From: Candidatus Babeliales bacterium
GTDB taxonomy: Bacteria > Babelota > Babeliae > Babelales > JACPOV01
Direction: 5' to 3'
Assembly (NCBI GenBank): GCA_050250855.1
Contig: JBFWNW010000004.1
Location: 64,001 to 128,000 of the forward strand
DNA: 64,000 nt
Position numbers and translations under genes: made by a program. Shown piece after piece: positions 1-10,204 of this stretch. Below the pieces are notes generated by a model that did no database searches, had not been told where the DNA came from, and saw only the letters and a list, made by a program, of their open reading frames with translations. Position 1 is the stretch's first letter, and every line of letters starts with the position of its first letter.

Positions 1-39
1 TCCATAATAAATTCTCTCTCTCAATTTTTAAGGAAACTA

Positions 40-2001
40 TTAATCTTCATCCTCTTCATCATCAATATCAGTTACCATTACATCAAACTCTTTATCAAAG
101 AATGATTCAAGTTTTTTACTACGAGAAGGGTGGCGAAGTTTACGTAATGCTTTAACTTCAATCTGGCGAATACGCTCACGCGTAACAGAAAAGTCTTTAC
201 CAACTTCTTCCAACGTATGTTCTGAGGCAACATCAATGCCAAAACGCATTTTAAGTACTTTTTCTTCTCGTGGTGTTAAGCTTTTCAAGACTTCACGAAC
301 ACGTTCTTTTAAGTCGTTGCTTGCAACAGTATCTGCTGGAGAAAAATCATTTTCATTTTCAATAAAATCTTTAATATATGCATCTTCACTATCGCCAACC
401 GGTGTTTCAAGAGAAATGGGTTCTTTAGAAATTTTAATAATATTTTTGATTTTTTTCTCATCAATATTAAGTTCTTTTGCCAACTCTGCATGGCTTGGTT
501 CTCGACCATGTTCTTGCACAAAGGTACGTTTAATTTTATTAATTTTATTGAGCGTTTCAACCATATGCACCGGTACACGAATAGTGCGTGATTGGTCTGC
601 TATAGCACGCGTAATTGCTTGACGAATCCACCAGGTAGCATAGGTAGAGAATTTATAACCACGCTCGAACTCAAACTTTTCAACGGCTTTCATGAGCCCA
701 ATATTACCTTCTTGAATAAGATCAAGAAAGTGAAGACCTTTATTAATATATTTTTTTGCGTTGTTTACTACCAAGCGTAAGTTTGCTTTAGCAAGGTCGT
801 CTTTTGCTTTCTTATCTTTAACAAGGCCTACGTGGAGCTTTGCATAATGTTTTTTTATTTGATCAAGAGGAAGTCCAAGCTCATTTTCAATCTTTTTAAG
901 TAGCTTTTGATCAGCACGTATAGTACGCAACAACTCCTCCTTTTCTGCCAGTTGTTCAGCAGTAGGATTTTTAAGGTCTTCAAGATATTTTAATTTAGCC
1001 TCAAGGCGTTCAAGGGCATAAATCTTTTCATTAATTTTTTGTACACCTTTTTCTATGCGCTTTGCAAGCTTTTTAATGAGTTTATTAGAAAGCTTTATAG
1101 ATTGTATGGTATTACAAATTTCTTCTTTGTTTTTCTTTACTTTATTAAGCATCTCGGTTTTCTTTTCTTGAGAATCAAGTTTACCGCGATAGCTTAAATA
1201 AATTTTCTCTTCATTTTCTATTAAGTTCTTAATATCATTAATTGTTTTAAGAAGTGCCTTTTTTTCTTCTTCTACTTTAGGTAAGTTTTCTTGGTCAAAT
1301 TCAGAAAACTGAATGACATCTTTTAAAGGAAGTGTATTTTTTTGTAATTTTTCACCGACTGTTACAAACTCTTTATGGATAAAGGGAAAGCGAGAAAGTG
1401 CTTCAATGGCTTCTTTTTTACCTTCAGCAATTTGCTCAGCAATAACGGTTTCAGTTTTTTTATTCAAGAGAGGAATTTTACCAATTTCACGCAAATAAAC
1501 CTTAACGCCATCTGTTAATTGAGCGCTGGCAGCGGTTTCTTTAATGACATTCTCTTTGTTTTCTTCATCTTCTGCTTCATCTTCATTTTCTTCTTCTTCT
1601 TCGCTATCACTATCAAAATCTAGGCTTTCAAACTGAGGTTTTGATCCTTTGCGATCTTCTTCTTTATCATAATTAAGATCCGAGCCATCTTCTAAATCTT
1701 TTTCAGTAATAAGCTCAATGCCTTCTTTTTCTAAAGTACGCAGAAGTTCAGTTACTTCTTTTTCTATTAAATGGTAGCGTTGTGAAAATTCTATAATTTC
1801 TTCATACGTAACTAAGCCGCTTCGCTGTCCTTTTTCTATGAAGGATTTAAATATTTCAGCTTTAAAATCAGCATCACTTTTTGCTTTTGCCTCAGATCCT
1901 TGAGGAGCAGCTTTTTCTATTTTTGCAGAAGATTCTTTTTTTTCTACTTTTGGCTTTTTGCCCGTAATTTTTTCTTGTATATTTTTTATAAGCTTTTTCA
2001 T
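40..2001 (-). CDS. rpoD: RNA polymerase primary sigma factor RpoD
   Basis: Region 1.2 VKVYLREIG, region 2 [38 protein letters not shown], region 4 [10 protein letters not shown]; follows dnaG with 4-nt overlap. Confidence 0.98.
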   Translation of the reverse strand: MKKLIKNIQEKITGKKPKVEKKESSAKIEKAAPQGSEAKAKSDADFKAEIFKSFIEKGQRSGLVTYEEIIEFSQRYHLIEKEVTELLRTLEKEGIELITEKDLEDGSDLNYDKEEDRKGSKPQFESLDFDSDSEEEEENEDEAEDEENKENVIKETAASAQLTDGVKVYLREIGKIPLLNKKTETVIAEQIAEGKKEAIEALSRFPFIHKEFVTVGEKLQKNTLPLKDVIQFSEFDQENLPKVEEEKKALLKTINDIKNLIENEEKIYLSYRGKLDSQEKKTEMLNKVKKNKEEICNTIQSIKLSNKLIKKLAKRIEKGVQKINEKIYALERLEAKLKYLEDLKNPTAEQLAEKEELLRTIRADQKLLKKIENELGLPLDQIKKHYAKLHVGLVKDKKAKDDLAKANLRLVVNNAKKYINKGLHFLDLIQEGNIGLMKAVEKFEFERGYKFSTYATWWIRQAITRAIADQSRTIRVPVHMVETLNKINKIKRTFVQEHGREPSHAELAKELNIDEKKIKNIIKISKEPISLETPVGDSEDAYIKDFIENENDFSPADTVASNDLKERVREVLKSLTPREEKVLKMRFGIDVASEHTLEEVGKDFSVTRERIRQIEVKALRKLRHPSRSKKLESFFDKEFDVMVTDIDDEEDED

Positions 2002-3788
2002 ATAAGTCCCTTACCTATTAATTTCTCTTTTAACTGTTTAAAATGCTCCAGCTGTTTTTGAATGCTTTCCAGATCACCTTTCTGCTGAGCAAGTTCTAAT
2101 TTTTTCTTGGTATCAGCAACAAAATTTTTCCACGTTCTTTTTTGAAATTCTGCCAGAAGATAGTCTAAATTTTCACTATTTTCATACTCTTGGCATTCCA
2201 AAATAAGATTGCTGATCAATCGTTTTTCAGGCTCATGAAGGAAATCAAAAAACTGCATAAAATCAAAAGGGGAATCTCTATCTGGCGATTCTGTCTTTTT
2301 TAATACATCTTTTAATGGAGAACTCAGATATTCTACTAGATATTCCCTATCTGCAGGCTGCAGCAATTCCATGTTATTTATTATAACAGAAAATAATTTT
2401 TTTTCCAGTAAAGGGATTTCTTTCAAGATCGTGACAGAGGAGGATTCCTCTGGAGAAACCTCGTTTAGAGGGGCTTTTTTGCTGATCTCAGCAGAAGGCT
2501 TTTTAAGGCGATACAGCTCTTTCTTAAGAGTGCCGAAGGGAACGTCCAAGGATTGAGCCGCCTTGGAAAGTAAAAGCTCCTGTTTGAGCGGGTCGGCTAT
2601 TTTTTGGATGGTTTCAAGCAGTGAGCGGACGATACCAACTTTTTCTTGAAGGCTTTTTTGCTTGAAATCATGCGCCATAGATTCAAGCCAGAACATAAAG
2701 ATATCCTTTGCTTGCTTTATCAAAAGGGCTAAATCTCCTTGTTTTTCGATAAATGATGCAGGGTCTTCCCCTCTAGGAAGCTCAATAACAGAAAGTTCTA
2801 AATCTACAAGCCAGCAGAGTTCTGTCAGACGAAGTACTGCCTGAATACCTGCTTTATCGCTATCATAAAGAATAAATAACTTTTGTGCATAGCGAGAAAG
2901 GAGCTTTAAATGCTCTTGGGTGCAGGCAGTTCCGAGTGTGGCAACGGTATTTTCAAAGCCTTCTTGTACCATGGCAAGGCAGTCAGTATATCCTTCTACC
3001 AAGAAAACGGTGCCCTCGTGTTGAATAGGCACTTTTGCTCGGTCAAGACCAAACAGCAGGGATCCTTTAGCAAAAAAATCATTTTCTTTTGAGTTGTAAT
3101 ACTTAGGGCGTTCATCATCTTTTTTAAAGATTCTACCGCCAAAACCACAGAAGCGGCCCAGGTGATCTTGAATAGGAAAAAAGACGCGATCTTCAAAAGG
3201 GGAATAAAGGACTGATTTGCCTTGGGCAAGGATATTGGCTTGTAAAAGATCTTCAACTAAAAAATGTTCTTTGCCAACAAATGCAATGAGCGATTTGAGT
3301 GCCGGCTGACCACTGGGGAAATACCCGAGCTTAAAGCTTTCTATAGTTTTTTGGTTGATTGATCGCTGTGAAAAGTAGCGTAAGATTACCGGTGATTTTA
3401 ATAAATTTTCATGGCACCATTGCGCAACAAGTGAGCAAAGTTTATGGTAGCGCTTTTTCTTATCAGGTGCATCTTTGGGGCCTTCTTGGTGCTGCAACGA
3501 TTTTAATTCTTCCGGAATTGTTAACTGATAGCGTTCTGCTAAAAATTCGGCAGCTTCTAGGGCAGAACAGTTTTCCACTTTTTCTATAAAAGAAATAACG
3601 TCACCGCCACTGTGGCAGCCAAAGCAGTAAAAAATTTCCTTATGAGGACTTACGGTAAAGGAGGCAGTTTTTTCTTGGTGAAAAGGACATACCCCTTTGT
3701 AATAAAGACCAGCCTTCTTGAGCGTAGCGTATTCACCAACCACGGTTAAAATGGAAAGGTTTTGTTTAATAAAACTAAAAAGATTCAT
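1998..3788 (-). CDS. dnaG: DNA primase
   Basis: Zn finger CPFH...CFGC, PKYYNS, TOPRIM VEGYTD, YDSDKAG, EDP. Confidence 0.97.
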   Translation of the reverse strand: MNLFSFIKQNLSILTVVGEYATLKKAGLYYKGVCPFHQEKTASFTVSPHKEIFYCFGCHSGGDVISFIEKVENCSALEAAEFLAERYQLTIPEELKSLQHQEGPKDAPDKKKRYHKLCSLVAQWCHENLLKSPVILRYFSQRSINQKTIESFKLGYFPSGQPALKSLIAFVGKEHFLVEDLLQANILAQGKSVLYSPFEDRVFFPIQDHLGRFCGFGGRIFKKDDERPKYYNSKENDFFAKGSLLFGLDRAKVPIQHEGTVFLVEGYTDCLAMVQEGFENTVATLGTACTQEHLKLLSRYAQKLFILYDSDKAGIQAVLRLTELCWLVDLELSVIELPRGEDPASFIEKQGDLALLIKQAKDIFMFWLESMAHDFKQKSLQEKVGIVRSLLETIQKIADPLKQELLLSKAAQSLDVPFGTLKKELYRLKKPSAEISKKAPLNEVSPEESSSVTILKEIPLLEKKLFSVIINNMELLQPADREYLVEYLSSPLKDVLKKTESPDRDSPFDFMQFFDFLHEPEKRLISNLILECQEYENSENLDYLLAEFQKRTWKNFVADTKKKLELAQQKGDLESIQKQLEHFKQLKEKLIGKGLI

Positions 3789-4560
3789 GCGTTTTGGTAG
3801 CGTAAGAAAGTACGAAAAGTCCGATGCAGCTGCTGACCATAAGCGCTAACGCAATCCACTGATTTATAGCAAGCAGAGAATATGGCGCCATTCCAAAAAA
3901 CTGCTGATCGCCGCGTAAAAAATCTATAAAAAAGCGTTCTGAGCTTGCCAACAGTAAATAGATGCATAAGAGGTACCCTGGTTTTTGAAAAAAATTTTGT
4001 ACTTTATAGAGTAGCAGAAAGAGCAAAAAAAGAAACAATGCGCTGTATAGTTGCGTTGGATGCAGTGGAATGTGCCGCGGTGCTACGATATCAGGGTGCC
4101 AGTACGTAATAGCAAAAAAGAGCTTTGTTGGTTTGCCATAGCAACAACCTGCCAAAAAGCAGCCAATCCGAGAAACGCTATGCAAAAGGGGAGCATACAA
4201 TGCAGCTATATCAAGTACAGCAAGTAATGAAAGGTTATAGTGATGCACAAAGAAAGGCATCATGCATAAAATTCCTATAATGCAACCCAATACAGAACCA
4301 CCACCTTGCCATACTGCGAGCATTTGCCATAAAGAGGTGTACTGTTGCCAATTGGTGAGTACAAAAAGAGCTCGGGCGCCAGCAAGGCCTGCCACAATGC
4401 TACACATAATGAGTGTTGAAAATTGATCTGGGGTTATATGCTGTTGGGCTTGTTTGTTTTTGCCAAAAAGCCATGCAACAAGCACGATGCCTAGAGCAAT
4501 GCAAAGTCCATAACTATTGATGGAGAACTGTCCGTAAATAGGCAAAATTTTTGGTATCAT
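3775..4560 (-). CDS. lgt: Prolipoprotein diacylglyceryl transferase
   Basis: SYG, GAR, WQGG, RIGCFLAGCCYG, HPTQLY, RFFIDFLR; multi-TM. Confidence 0.92.
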   Translation of the reverse strand: MIPKILPIYGQFSINSYGLCIALGIVLVAWLFGKNKQAQQHITPDQFSTLIMCSIVAGLAGARALFVLTNWQQYTSLWQMLAVWQGGGSVLGCIIGILCMMPFFVHHYNLSLLAVLDIAALYAPLLHSVSRIGCFLAGCCYGKPTKLFFAITYWHPDIVAPRHIPLHPTQLYSALFLFLLFLLLYKVQNFFQKPGYLLCIYLLLASSERFFIDFLRGDQQFFGMAPYSLLAINQWIALALMVSSCIGLFVLSYATKTHESF

Positions 4561-4568
4561 AAAAATAT

Positions 4569-5108
4569 TTAGTGCTCTCGTGTATACGATGATTCAGCTA
4601 CGCATACCCTTTTTGCATTTTCAAGGGTAATGCGATAATCATCATCCCACGAAAAGTCGATAGCAAGCTCTTGTTTTTCTTCCGGTACTTCAAACTCAAG
4701 CTCTCTCTTTTCATGATGCCATGTTTTACCAAATTTATGAAGCTTCCATTCATACTGTACTCTAATTTTTTTATCATTCGTGCAAATGGTGGGAGCATGC
4801 AGTTTTGCTCTGCCTTTTACGAGTGTTAAATACGGTTCATTATTGACCAATATTTTAAAATCTGAAGGATACGGTTTGTACCAGTGATGCTGATACGTTA
4901 TTGTTTTGTCAGTAATTTTGTTTTGTAAGGTAATAGTTTTTGGCAAACTGATTTTTTTATTTTCTGTAGTTGTTGTTGTGGAGAGTGATAGTTCTTGTGG
5001 TAGCACGCTGCTAGCGCTATTTTTTTTATTATCGCTAGGTTCTTTACTTTCAGGTACATTTGATGCAGAGAGCGAAATGGTAATAAGGAACACAACATAT
5101 TTTTTCAT
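4569..5108 (-). CDS. Hypothetical secreted protein
   Basis: 179 aa, MKK signal peptide, S/T-rich linker, tightly packed upstream of lgt. Confidence 0.7.
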   Translation of the reverse strand: MKKYVVFLITISLSASNVPESKEPSDNKKNSASSVLPQELSLSTTTTTENKKISLPKTITLQNKITDKTITYQHHWYKPYPSDFKILVNNEPYLTLVKGRAKLHAPTICTNDKKIRVQYEWKLHKFGKTWHHEKRELEFEVPEEKQELAIDFSWDDDYRITLENAKRVCVAESSYTREH

Positions 5109-5112
5109 AATA

Positions 5113-5499
5113 CTACTTTGCTAATTTTACATTAAACGTGAAGAAATACAGGGCAGCCCATAAACCAAGTATATAAGTTTTAACATGATACCTATTATAT
5201 CTATTTTGTACATGAGTATTATATAAAATTCCTTTCTCAGGATCTTTGCCATGTTTAATAGTAAGCTCTATAACTTCAGTGCCAAACTCTAAACCAAAAG
5301 AAAGTGGATGCTCAAGTACAAGGGTGACTTTTTCAAAATCAGCAGATTTTTTATGATCATATCCTTTTATAATGTAAGGAATTCCTTCATAAACAAATTC
5401 CTGCCCGACATGAAATTGTCGCGGTAGTATAATATGTTTTTCTGATTGTATGAGTGTAGTAGTGAGCATGAGCATGCCCATTAAAAAAAGTTTTTTCAT
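5113..5499 (-). CDS. Hypothetical secreted/membrane protein
   Basis: MKKLFLMG signal peptide, AAGGA RBS, hydrophobic C-terminus. Confidence 0.65.
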   Translation of the reverse strand: MKKLFLMGMLMLTTTLIQSEKHIILPRQFHVGQEFVYEGIPYIIKGYDHKKSADFEKVTLVLEHPLSFGLEFGTEVIELTIKHGKDPEKGILYNTHVQNRYNRYHVKTYILGLWAALYFFTFNVKLAK

Positions 5500-5646
5500 A
5501 CCAATCCTTTTTTATTTTGGTAGACCCAGTTTTTTTTGTAAGGTGATTGTACTACGTTTAGTATACAAAAAACAATATACCGATTTTTAATGAAAAAATA
5601 AAAGAGAGTGTCCTTGTGTATCTTTAAAAATAAAAAGGGAGATTTT

Positions 5647-6060
5647 ATGATAGATACAAACAGAGTAATGATTATTCTATTATTTTTTACCTCCTACATC
5701 TTTGCTTCTCAGATGGCAAGAGAGAGCCAGTGGCAGAGGATTTTGACAAAAAAACCTAGCGAAAAAGATACAGCTTTGTACTATTTTACTCCGCAAGACA
5801 TGCAAGAATTAAGTGCAACAGGTATTAGTTACCTTGTTAATGAAGATTATGAAATGTATAAATCATTTTTGTTGAAAGATGGTTACCAGTTTGCAGCAAG
5901 CAAAACACAACAAGGCCTTTTTAAAGCCTGGTGCATAAAAAGATTTAAAAAGGAAGATGAAGAAGGGGTTGTGAAATTTCTTTATCTTTGGGTTGATATT
6001 GCTAATGATGCGCAGGGCGTTTATAATTTACTTGAAGGTTTTAAACAAAAAAAACAGTAA
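5647..6060 (+). CDS. Hypothetical secreted protein
   Basis: ATG at 5647 after GGGAG; signal peptide IILLFFTSYIFA. Confidence 0.6.
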   Translation: MIDTNRVMIILLFFTSYIFASQMARESQWQRILTKKPSEKDTALYYFTPQDMQELSATGISYLVNEDYEMYKSFLLKDGYQFAASKTQQGLFKAWCIKRFKKEDEEGVVKFLYLWVDIANDAQGVYNLLEGFKQKKQ

Positions 6061-6073
6061 AAGGAAAGTATTA

Positions 6074-6376
6074 ATGGCCTTGCCTAAGAGCTTTGTGGTT
6101 TTGCTTATGGTTTGCTCTATGAATCTTGTTGCTGCAGACTATATGACGGAAGAAGATTGGAGAAATGTTAAAATTTTAGAGATAAAAAAGCGTATAGCAG
6201 ATCATGATGAAGTATATACTGCCCTTGGTAATGAAAAAATTTTTCATGCTTCAAAAGATTGTTATGGAAACTATTATGCTTTTACAGAAACGCATGATAA
6301 AACAAATATAATGTTTATTTCTTTACCGCGCGTACTTTTTGATTTTCTTAAAAAACAAGCCGAGCAACAAGAATAG
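6074..6376 (+). CDS. Hypothetical secreted protein
   Basis: ATG at 6074 after AAGGA; signal peptide FVVLLMVCSMNLVA. Confidence 0.6.
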   Translation: MALPKSFVVLLMVCSMNLVAADYMTEEDWRNVKILEIKKRIADHDEVYTALGNEKIFHASKDCYGNYYAFTETHDKTNIMFISLPRVLFDFLKKQAEQQE

Positions 6377-6377
6377 T

Positions 6378-8165
6378 TTACTTCGTTTTACTAAAAATAC
6401 GCACAATCAATAAAGAAATTGCCGCGGGCGTCATACCAGGAATAAGCGCTGCTTGCGCAATGGTTTTGGGCTGGTATTTAGCTAGTTTTTGTTGAAGCTC
6501 TTTTGAAAGTCCTGCAAGAGCAGAATAATCAACATGCGCAGGGATAACGAGCTCTTGATATTTTTCTGCTTTTTCAATTTCTTTTAACTCGCGTTGTATA
6601 TAGGGCTCATAGCGCAATTCAGCCCAGACAGAAAGTGCAGCACGATCATTGAGTTTGTGTTCTGTAGCTTCATGAATACGTGTTAAATTTTCCTCATCAC
6701 GGCCAAGAAGTTGAATTAATTCTTTATTGTTTTTACGCAATTGTGCTGCGGTTGCAAGTACCAGTTCATGTTCTGCTTTAATTACTTGATAAAGCTCTTC
6801 ATTAATCAAATTATAGGCATATGCTTTCTCTGCCAAGCGATAGAAAACATTATCTTGGCGCAAAATAAGTCTACGCTCAGCACGTGAGGTGAACATGCGA
6901 TACGGCTCATCAACGCTTAGAGTTACCAAATCATCAATCATAATGCCGATATAACTTTCATGGCGAGAAAGGATAAACGGTTCTTTGCCATGAGCTTTTT
7001 GATGCGCATTAATGCCAGCAATAAGTCCTTGCCCAGCAGCTTCTTCATAGCCGGTAGTGCCATTAATTTGTCCTGCCAAAAAAAGACCAGTGCAATTTTT
7101 TACTTCAAGCGTATGATGCAATTGATGCGGCAGTACAAAATCATATTCTACCGCGTAACCAGCTTTTGCAATTTCTGCATGTTCAAAGCCTGCAATACTG
7201 CGAATAAATTTTTCTTGCACCTCTAAAGGAAGTGACGTTGAAATACCATTTGGATAGAGTTCGTCATGGCGCGCTGTTTCCGGTTCAACAAAAATGTGAT
7301 GCGAGGTCTTATCCGGAAAGCGGGTAATTTTGTCTTCTATGGAAGGGCAGTACCGTGGCCCACGTGAAACTATGGTTTTTGATAAAATCGGTGAAAGGTG
7401 GGCGTAATTTTTTATAATTTCGTGTGCCGTTTCATTGGTGCGGGTAATGTAACAAGGAAGTTTATTAACAACCTGATGGCCTTCAAACTCAAAAAGATAG
7501 CTAAGTTCATCAGCTTCTTGGCATTCCATTTTTGAAAAATCTACTGTTTTTGCAACAAGGCGCGGCGGCGTTCCTGTTTTTAAGCGCCCAAGTTCAAGAC
7601 CCAAGGCTGCAATATTTTTAGAAAGACCGGTTACCGCTTGTTCACCGCGGCGGCCAGCTTGTTCTTGTTTGGTGCCGATATGAATTAAACCATTTAAGAA
7701 GGTGCCGGTTGTCAGAATTACGGTAGGTGCATGCAAGAGCGTGCCATCTTTAGTTTGAATACCCTGTACGCTTTTGCCAGAAAGCAAAAGCTGCTCAACA
7801 TGTCCTTCGTGAATAGTAAGATTTTCTGTTTTTTCTAAAGATTCGATACTGAGCTTATTGTACGCATCTTTATCAATTTGCAGTCGCAGCCCTTGTACGG
7901 CAGGGCCTTTTTTTGTATTGAGCATACGTGCTTGCAAATAGGTTTTGGTGCACAGCTTTGGCATAAGGCCACCCAAAGCACTAACTTCAAAAACAATATG
8001 GCCTTTGCCAATGCCGCCAATAGCAGGGTTGCACGGCATCCAGCCAATTTTTTGTTTATCAAGGGTAATGAGGGCAGTTTTTGAGCCTAAGCGTGCGGCA
8101 GCATATGCTGCTTCAATGCCTGCATGCCCACCACCTACAACAATAACATCATATACATTATTCAT
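6378..8165 (-). CDS. mnmG: tRNA U34 carboxymethylaminomethyl modification enzyme MnmG/GidA
   Basis: GGGHAGIEAA, MPCNPAIGG, RLKTGTPPR, GPRYCPSIEDK, AGQINGTTGYEEAAGQG, EPYRMFTSRAE. Confidence 0.98.
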   Translation of the reverse strand: MNNVYDVIVVGGGHAGIEAAYAAARLGSKTALITLDKQKIGWMPCNPAIGGIGKGHIVFEVSALGGLMPKLCTKTYLQARMLNTKKGPAVQGLRLQIDKDAYNKLSIESLEKTENLTIHEGHVEQLLLSGKSVQGIQTKDGTLLHAPTVILTTGTFLNGLIHIGTKQEQAGRRGEQAVTGLSKNIAALGLELGRLKTGTPPRLVAKTVDFSKMECQEADELSYLFEFEGHQVVNKLPCYITRTNETAHEIIKNYAHLSPILSKTIVSRGPRYCPSIEDKITRFPDKTSHHIFVEPETARHDELYPNGISTSLPLEVQEKFIRSIAGFEHAEIAKAGYAVEYDFVLPHQLHHTLEVKNCTGLFLAGQINGTTGYEEAAGQGLIAGINAHQKAHGKEPFILSRHESYIGIMIDDLVTLSVDEPYRMFTSRAERRLILRQDNVFYRLAEKAYAYNLINEELYQVIKAEHELVLATAAQLRKNNKELIQLLGRDEENLTRIHEATEHKLNDRAALSVWAELRYEPYIQRELKEIEKAEKYQELVIPAHVDYSALAGLSKELQQKLAKYQPKTIAQAALIPGMTPAAISLLIVRIFSKTK

Positions 8166-8194
8166 GGTACTATTCGTTAATTATTAAAAACATG

Positions 8195-8227
8195 AAAAAA
8201 GCCGTAGAAAACAATCTCTACGGCTTT
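8195..8227 (-). terminator. Intrinsic terminator of the 3-gene array
   Basis: AAAGCCGTAGA...TCTACGGCTTT hairpin with a U-tract on the minus strand. Confidence 0.75.
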
Positions 8228-8252
8228 AATTATAGCTTAGCTGATAGTTATT

Positions 8253-8867
8253 TTAAAGATTTTTCTTATCAAGAAACTCTTTTACAAGTCTTTTATTAAG
8301 TTCTAGCTTTTTTTCATCAAATAGCTCTTGTATTTTGTTTGCGCAGGAACTAGCACGTTGACTGGAAGGAAGATGATCCCTGGAATAATCAAGCACTTGT
8401 TGAGCTGTTAAAGCTTCTTTAGGCAGTGAGTAGTTTTCATGAGGGTTTCCTCCGGCTTGAAGTAAGAGGTGGAGACCAGCTAAAGGACATTGTTTAGTTA
8501 AGACTGTTTGAATAAGAGTTGAATAAACAGTCTCTCCCATAATATCTTTTGTATAATCAAGATGAGTATCATATTTTGGTATTACTGTGTTGGGGTGATA
8601 ACCTAAATCAAGAGCATTAAGAGCCCCTTCTCTAGGATCAATCAATATGGAGATTCTTAAATCTCTTAAGGAACTCTTTGTTGCGAAATCGAAAAGTTCT
8701 TTACTTTCTTGACAATAAAATGAATTTTCATTACGTAGGCAGCTTGACGCATAATTATTTTTTAGTTTTTGCAGAATCTTTTTTGTTTTTTGGAGATCTG
8801 AATTTTGCTCTGAAGCCTGAGCTGCAGCTAGAGAAAGTAGTAATAATAGCGCTAAACATTTTTTCAT
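8253..8867 (-). CDS. Secreted paralog, array A copy 3 (ankyrin-like segment)
   Basis: MKKCLALLLLLSLAAAQA; CPLAGLHLLLQAGGNP; LTAQ; CANKIQELFD. Confidence 0.8.
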   Translation of the reverse strand: MKKCLALLLLLSLAAAQASEQNSDLQKTKKILQKLKNNYASSCLRNENSFYCQESKELFDFATKSSLRDLRISILIDPREGALNALDLGYHPNTVIPKYDTHLDYTKDIMGETVYSTLIQTVLTKQCPLAGLHLLLQAGGNPHENYSLPKEALTAQQVLDYSRDHLPSSQRASSCANKIQELFDEKKLELNKRLVKEFLDKKNL

Positions 8868-8900
8868 GATTTATAATTCCTATATTAGTAGAGATTAAAG
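8809..8900. repeat. 92-bp direct repeat, copy 1 (stop, spacer/RBS and signal peptide)
   Basis: Matches 9460-9551 with 4 mismatches counted by eye; 27-nt spacer gatttataattcctatattagtagaga is identical. Confidence 0.9.
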
Positions 8901-9518
8901 CTTTGTTTTATCAAATAGCTCTTGTATTTTATCCATGCATGAATTAACTTCATGATGTTTTTTAGAATAGTTATCTCTGTATTGCTGCTCTCCATTAAGA
9001 AATTCTTGAGCAGTCAAAATAGGAGGAAAGCTAGGTTCTTTTCCTTGTCTTTTAGCTTCTTTATGCAAAGGATGGTTAGCCATTTTATTAGGATTTCCAC
9101 CATTTTTAATTAAGAGTTGAAGGCCAGCTAAAGGACATTCTTTTTTATAATATGCTTCTTCAAGGGTTCCCCATGCGGTATGGCCTAGAATATCAGTCTC
9201 TCCCCATGGAATATAATGCTTAGGCATTAACGTATTAGGTTTGGCTCCTAAGGTAAGAGCTAATGAAGCTCCTTTTTCTGGATTAGCATGGATGGTATCT
9301 AATAATGAACGTACAGCTTTCTTTTTTTCAGAACTATAGAGAAGCTTACATGTTGTGTATTCAGAAGACTCTTTTCCCAGAGTAGTTTTAAGAGATTCAC
9401 ACTTGCTTTTTTGTTCAAGCAGCTCTTTTCTTTTTTCTTCCATTTTTTTACGCATATCTTCTGAAGCCTGAGCAGCCGATAAAGAAAGTAGTAATAATAG
9501 CGCTAAACATTTTTTCAT
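8895..9518 (-). CDS. Secreted paralog, array A copy 2
   Basis: MKKCLALLLLLSLSAAQA; CPLAGLQLLIKNGGNP; LTAQ; CMDKIQELFD. Confidence 0.8.
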   Translation of the reverse strand: MKKCLALLLLLSLSAAQASEDMRKKMEEKRKELLEQKSKCESLKTTLGKESSEYTTCKLLYSSEKKKAVRSLLDTIHANPEKGASLALTLGAKPNTLMPKHYIPWGETDILGHTAWGTLEEAYYKKECPLAGLQLLIKNGGNPNKMANHPLHKEAKRQGKEPSFPPILTAQEFLNGEQQYRDNYSKKHHEVNSCMDKIQELFDKTKL

Positions 9519-9551
9519 GATTTATAATTCCTATATTAGTAGAGATTAAAG
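9460..9551. repeat. 92-bp direct repeat, copy 2
   Basis: Near-identical to 8809-8900; partial third copy at about 10107-10160. Confidence 0.9.
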
Positions 9552-10178
9552 ATTTTTCTTATTAACTAACTGTTTTCTTTTATCAAGTCTCTGCTTTTTT
9601 TCATCAAACAATTCTTGTATTTGGTTAGCGCAAGAAATAACAGGTTTTGTTTTATAATCAGAGTCTGCTCTCAAGCTTGTTAGAAGCTCTTGAGCTGTTA
9701 AAGTTCTAACATTGTTTTCGCTAAAGCTTGATCCTGGGATCTGTAATAGAGACCCTGTTTTATGCCAAGCGTAAGTTTTTGTTGCATTAGGATCGCCTTT
9801 TTTTTGAAGTAAAAGCTTAAGTCCTTCGAGGGGGCATTCTTCTATAGACTTAGCTCGCGTAAGAATTGAAAAAGTAGTGGCGCCCATAACATCAGTATCT
9901 TCTTTTTTATCAAAAGGCAAAATGATCGGCACCACAGTATTTGGATGAATCCCTAAATCAATGGCTGTTTTTGCACCATGATCAGGGTCCAATAAGATCA
10001 TTAATGTTCCAAGTCCTAGGGTTTGAATATTATTTACATGACGAGTCAATTTTTCATGATCTTTTTCCAATTTTTGCAATTCAGCTTTTCTTGTTTGTTC
10101 GTCCATAGCCTGAGCAGCAGATAAAGAAAGTAGTAACAGTAATGCTAAACATTTTTTCATAGTTATTTCTCTTTTCAT
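9546..10178 (-). CDS. Secreted paralog, array A copy 1
   Basis: Start 10178 (GGAGG RBS) or 10160; MKKCLALLLLLSLSAAQA; CPLEGLKLLLQKKGDP; CANQIQELFD. Confidence 0.8.
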   Translation of the reverse strand: MKREITMKKCLALLLLLSLSAAQAMDEQTRKAELQKLEKDHEKLTRHVNNIQTLGLGTLMILLDPDHGAKTAIDLGIHPNTVVPIILPFDKKEDTDVMGATTFSILTRAKSIEECPLEGLKLLLQKKGDPNATKTYAWHKTGSLLQIPGSSFSENNVRTLTAQELLTSLRADSDYKTKPVISCANQIQELFDEKKQRLDKRKQLVNKKNL

Positions 10179-10204
10179 AGTTATAGGGCCTCCATTTCCC
10201 CGTT

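Noticed and set aside
8809..10160. Direct repeats as CRISPR array or integron attC cassettes
   Set aside because: Repeats include signal-peptide coding sequence, units are about 650-bp genes, and no cas gene, integrase or attC core sites are visible
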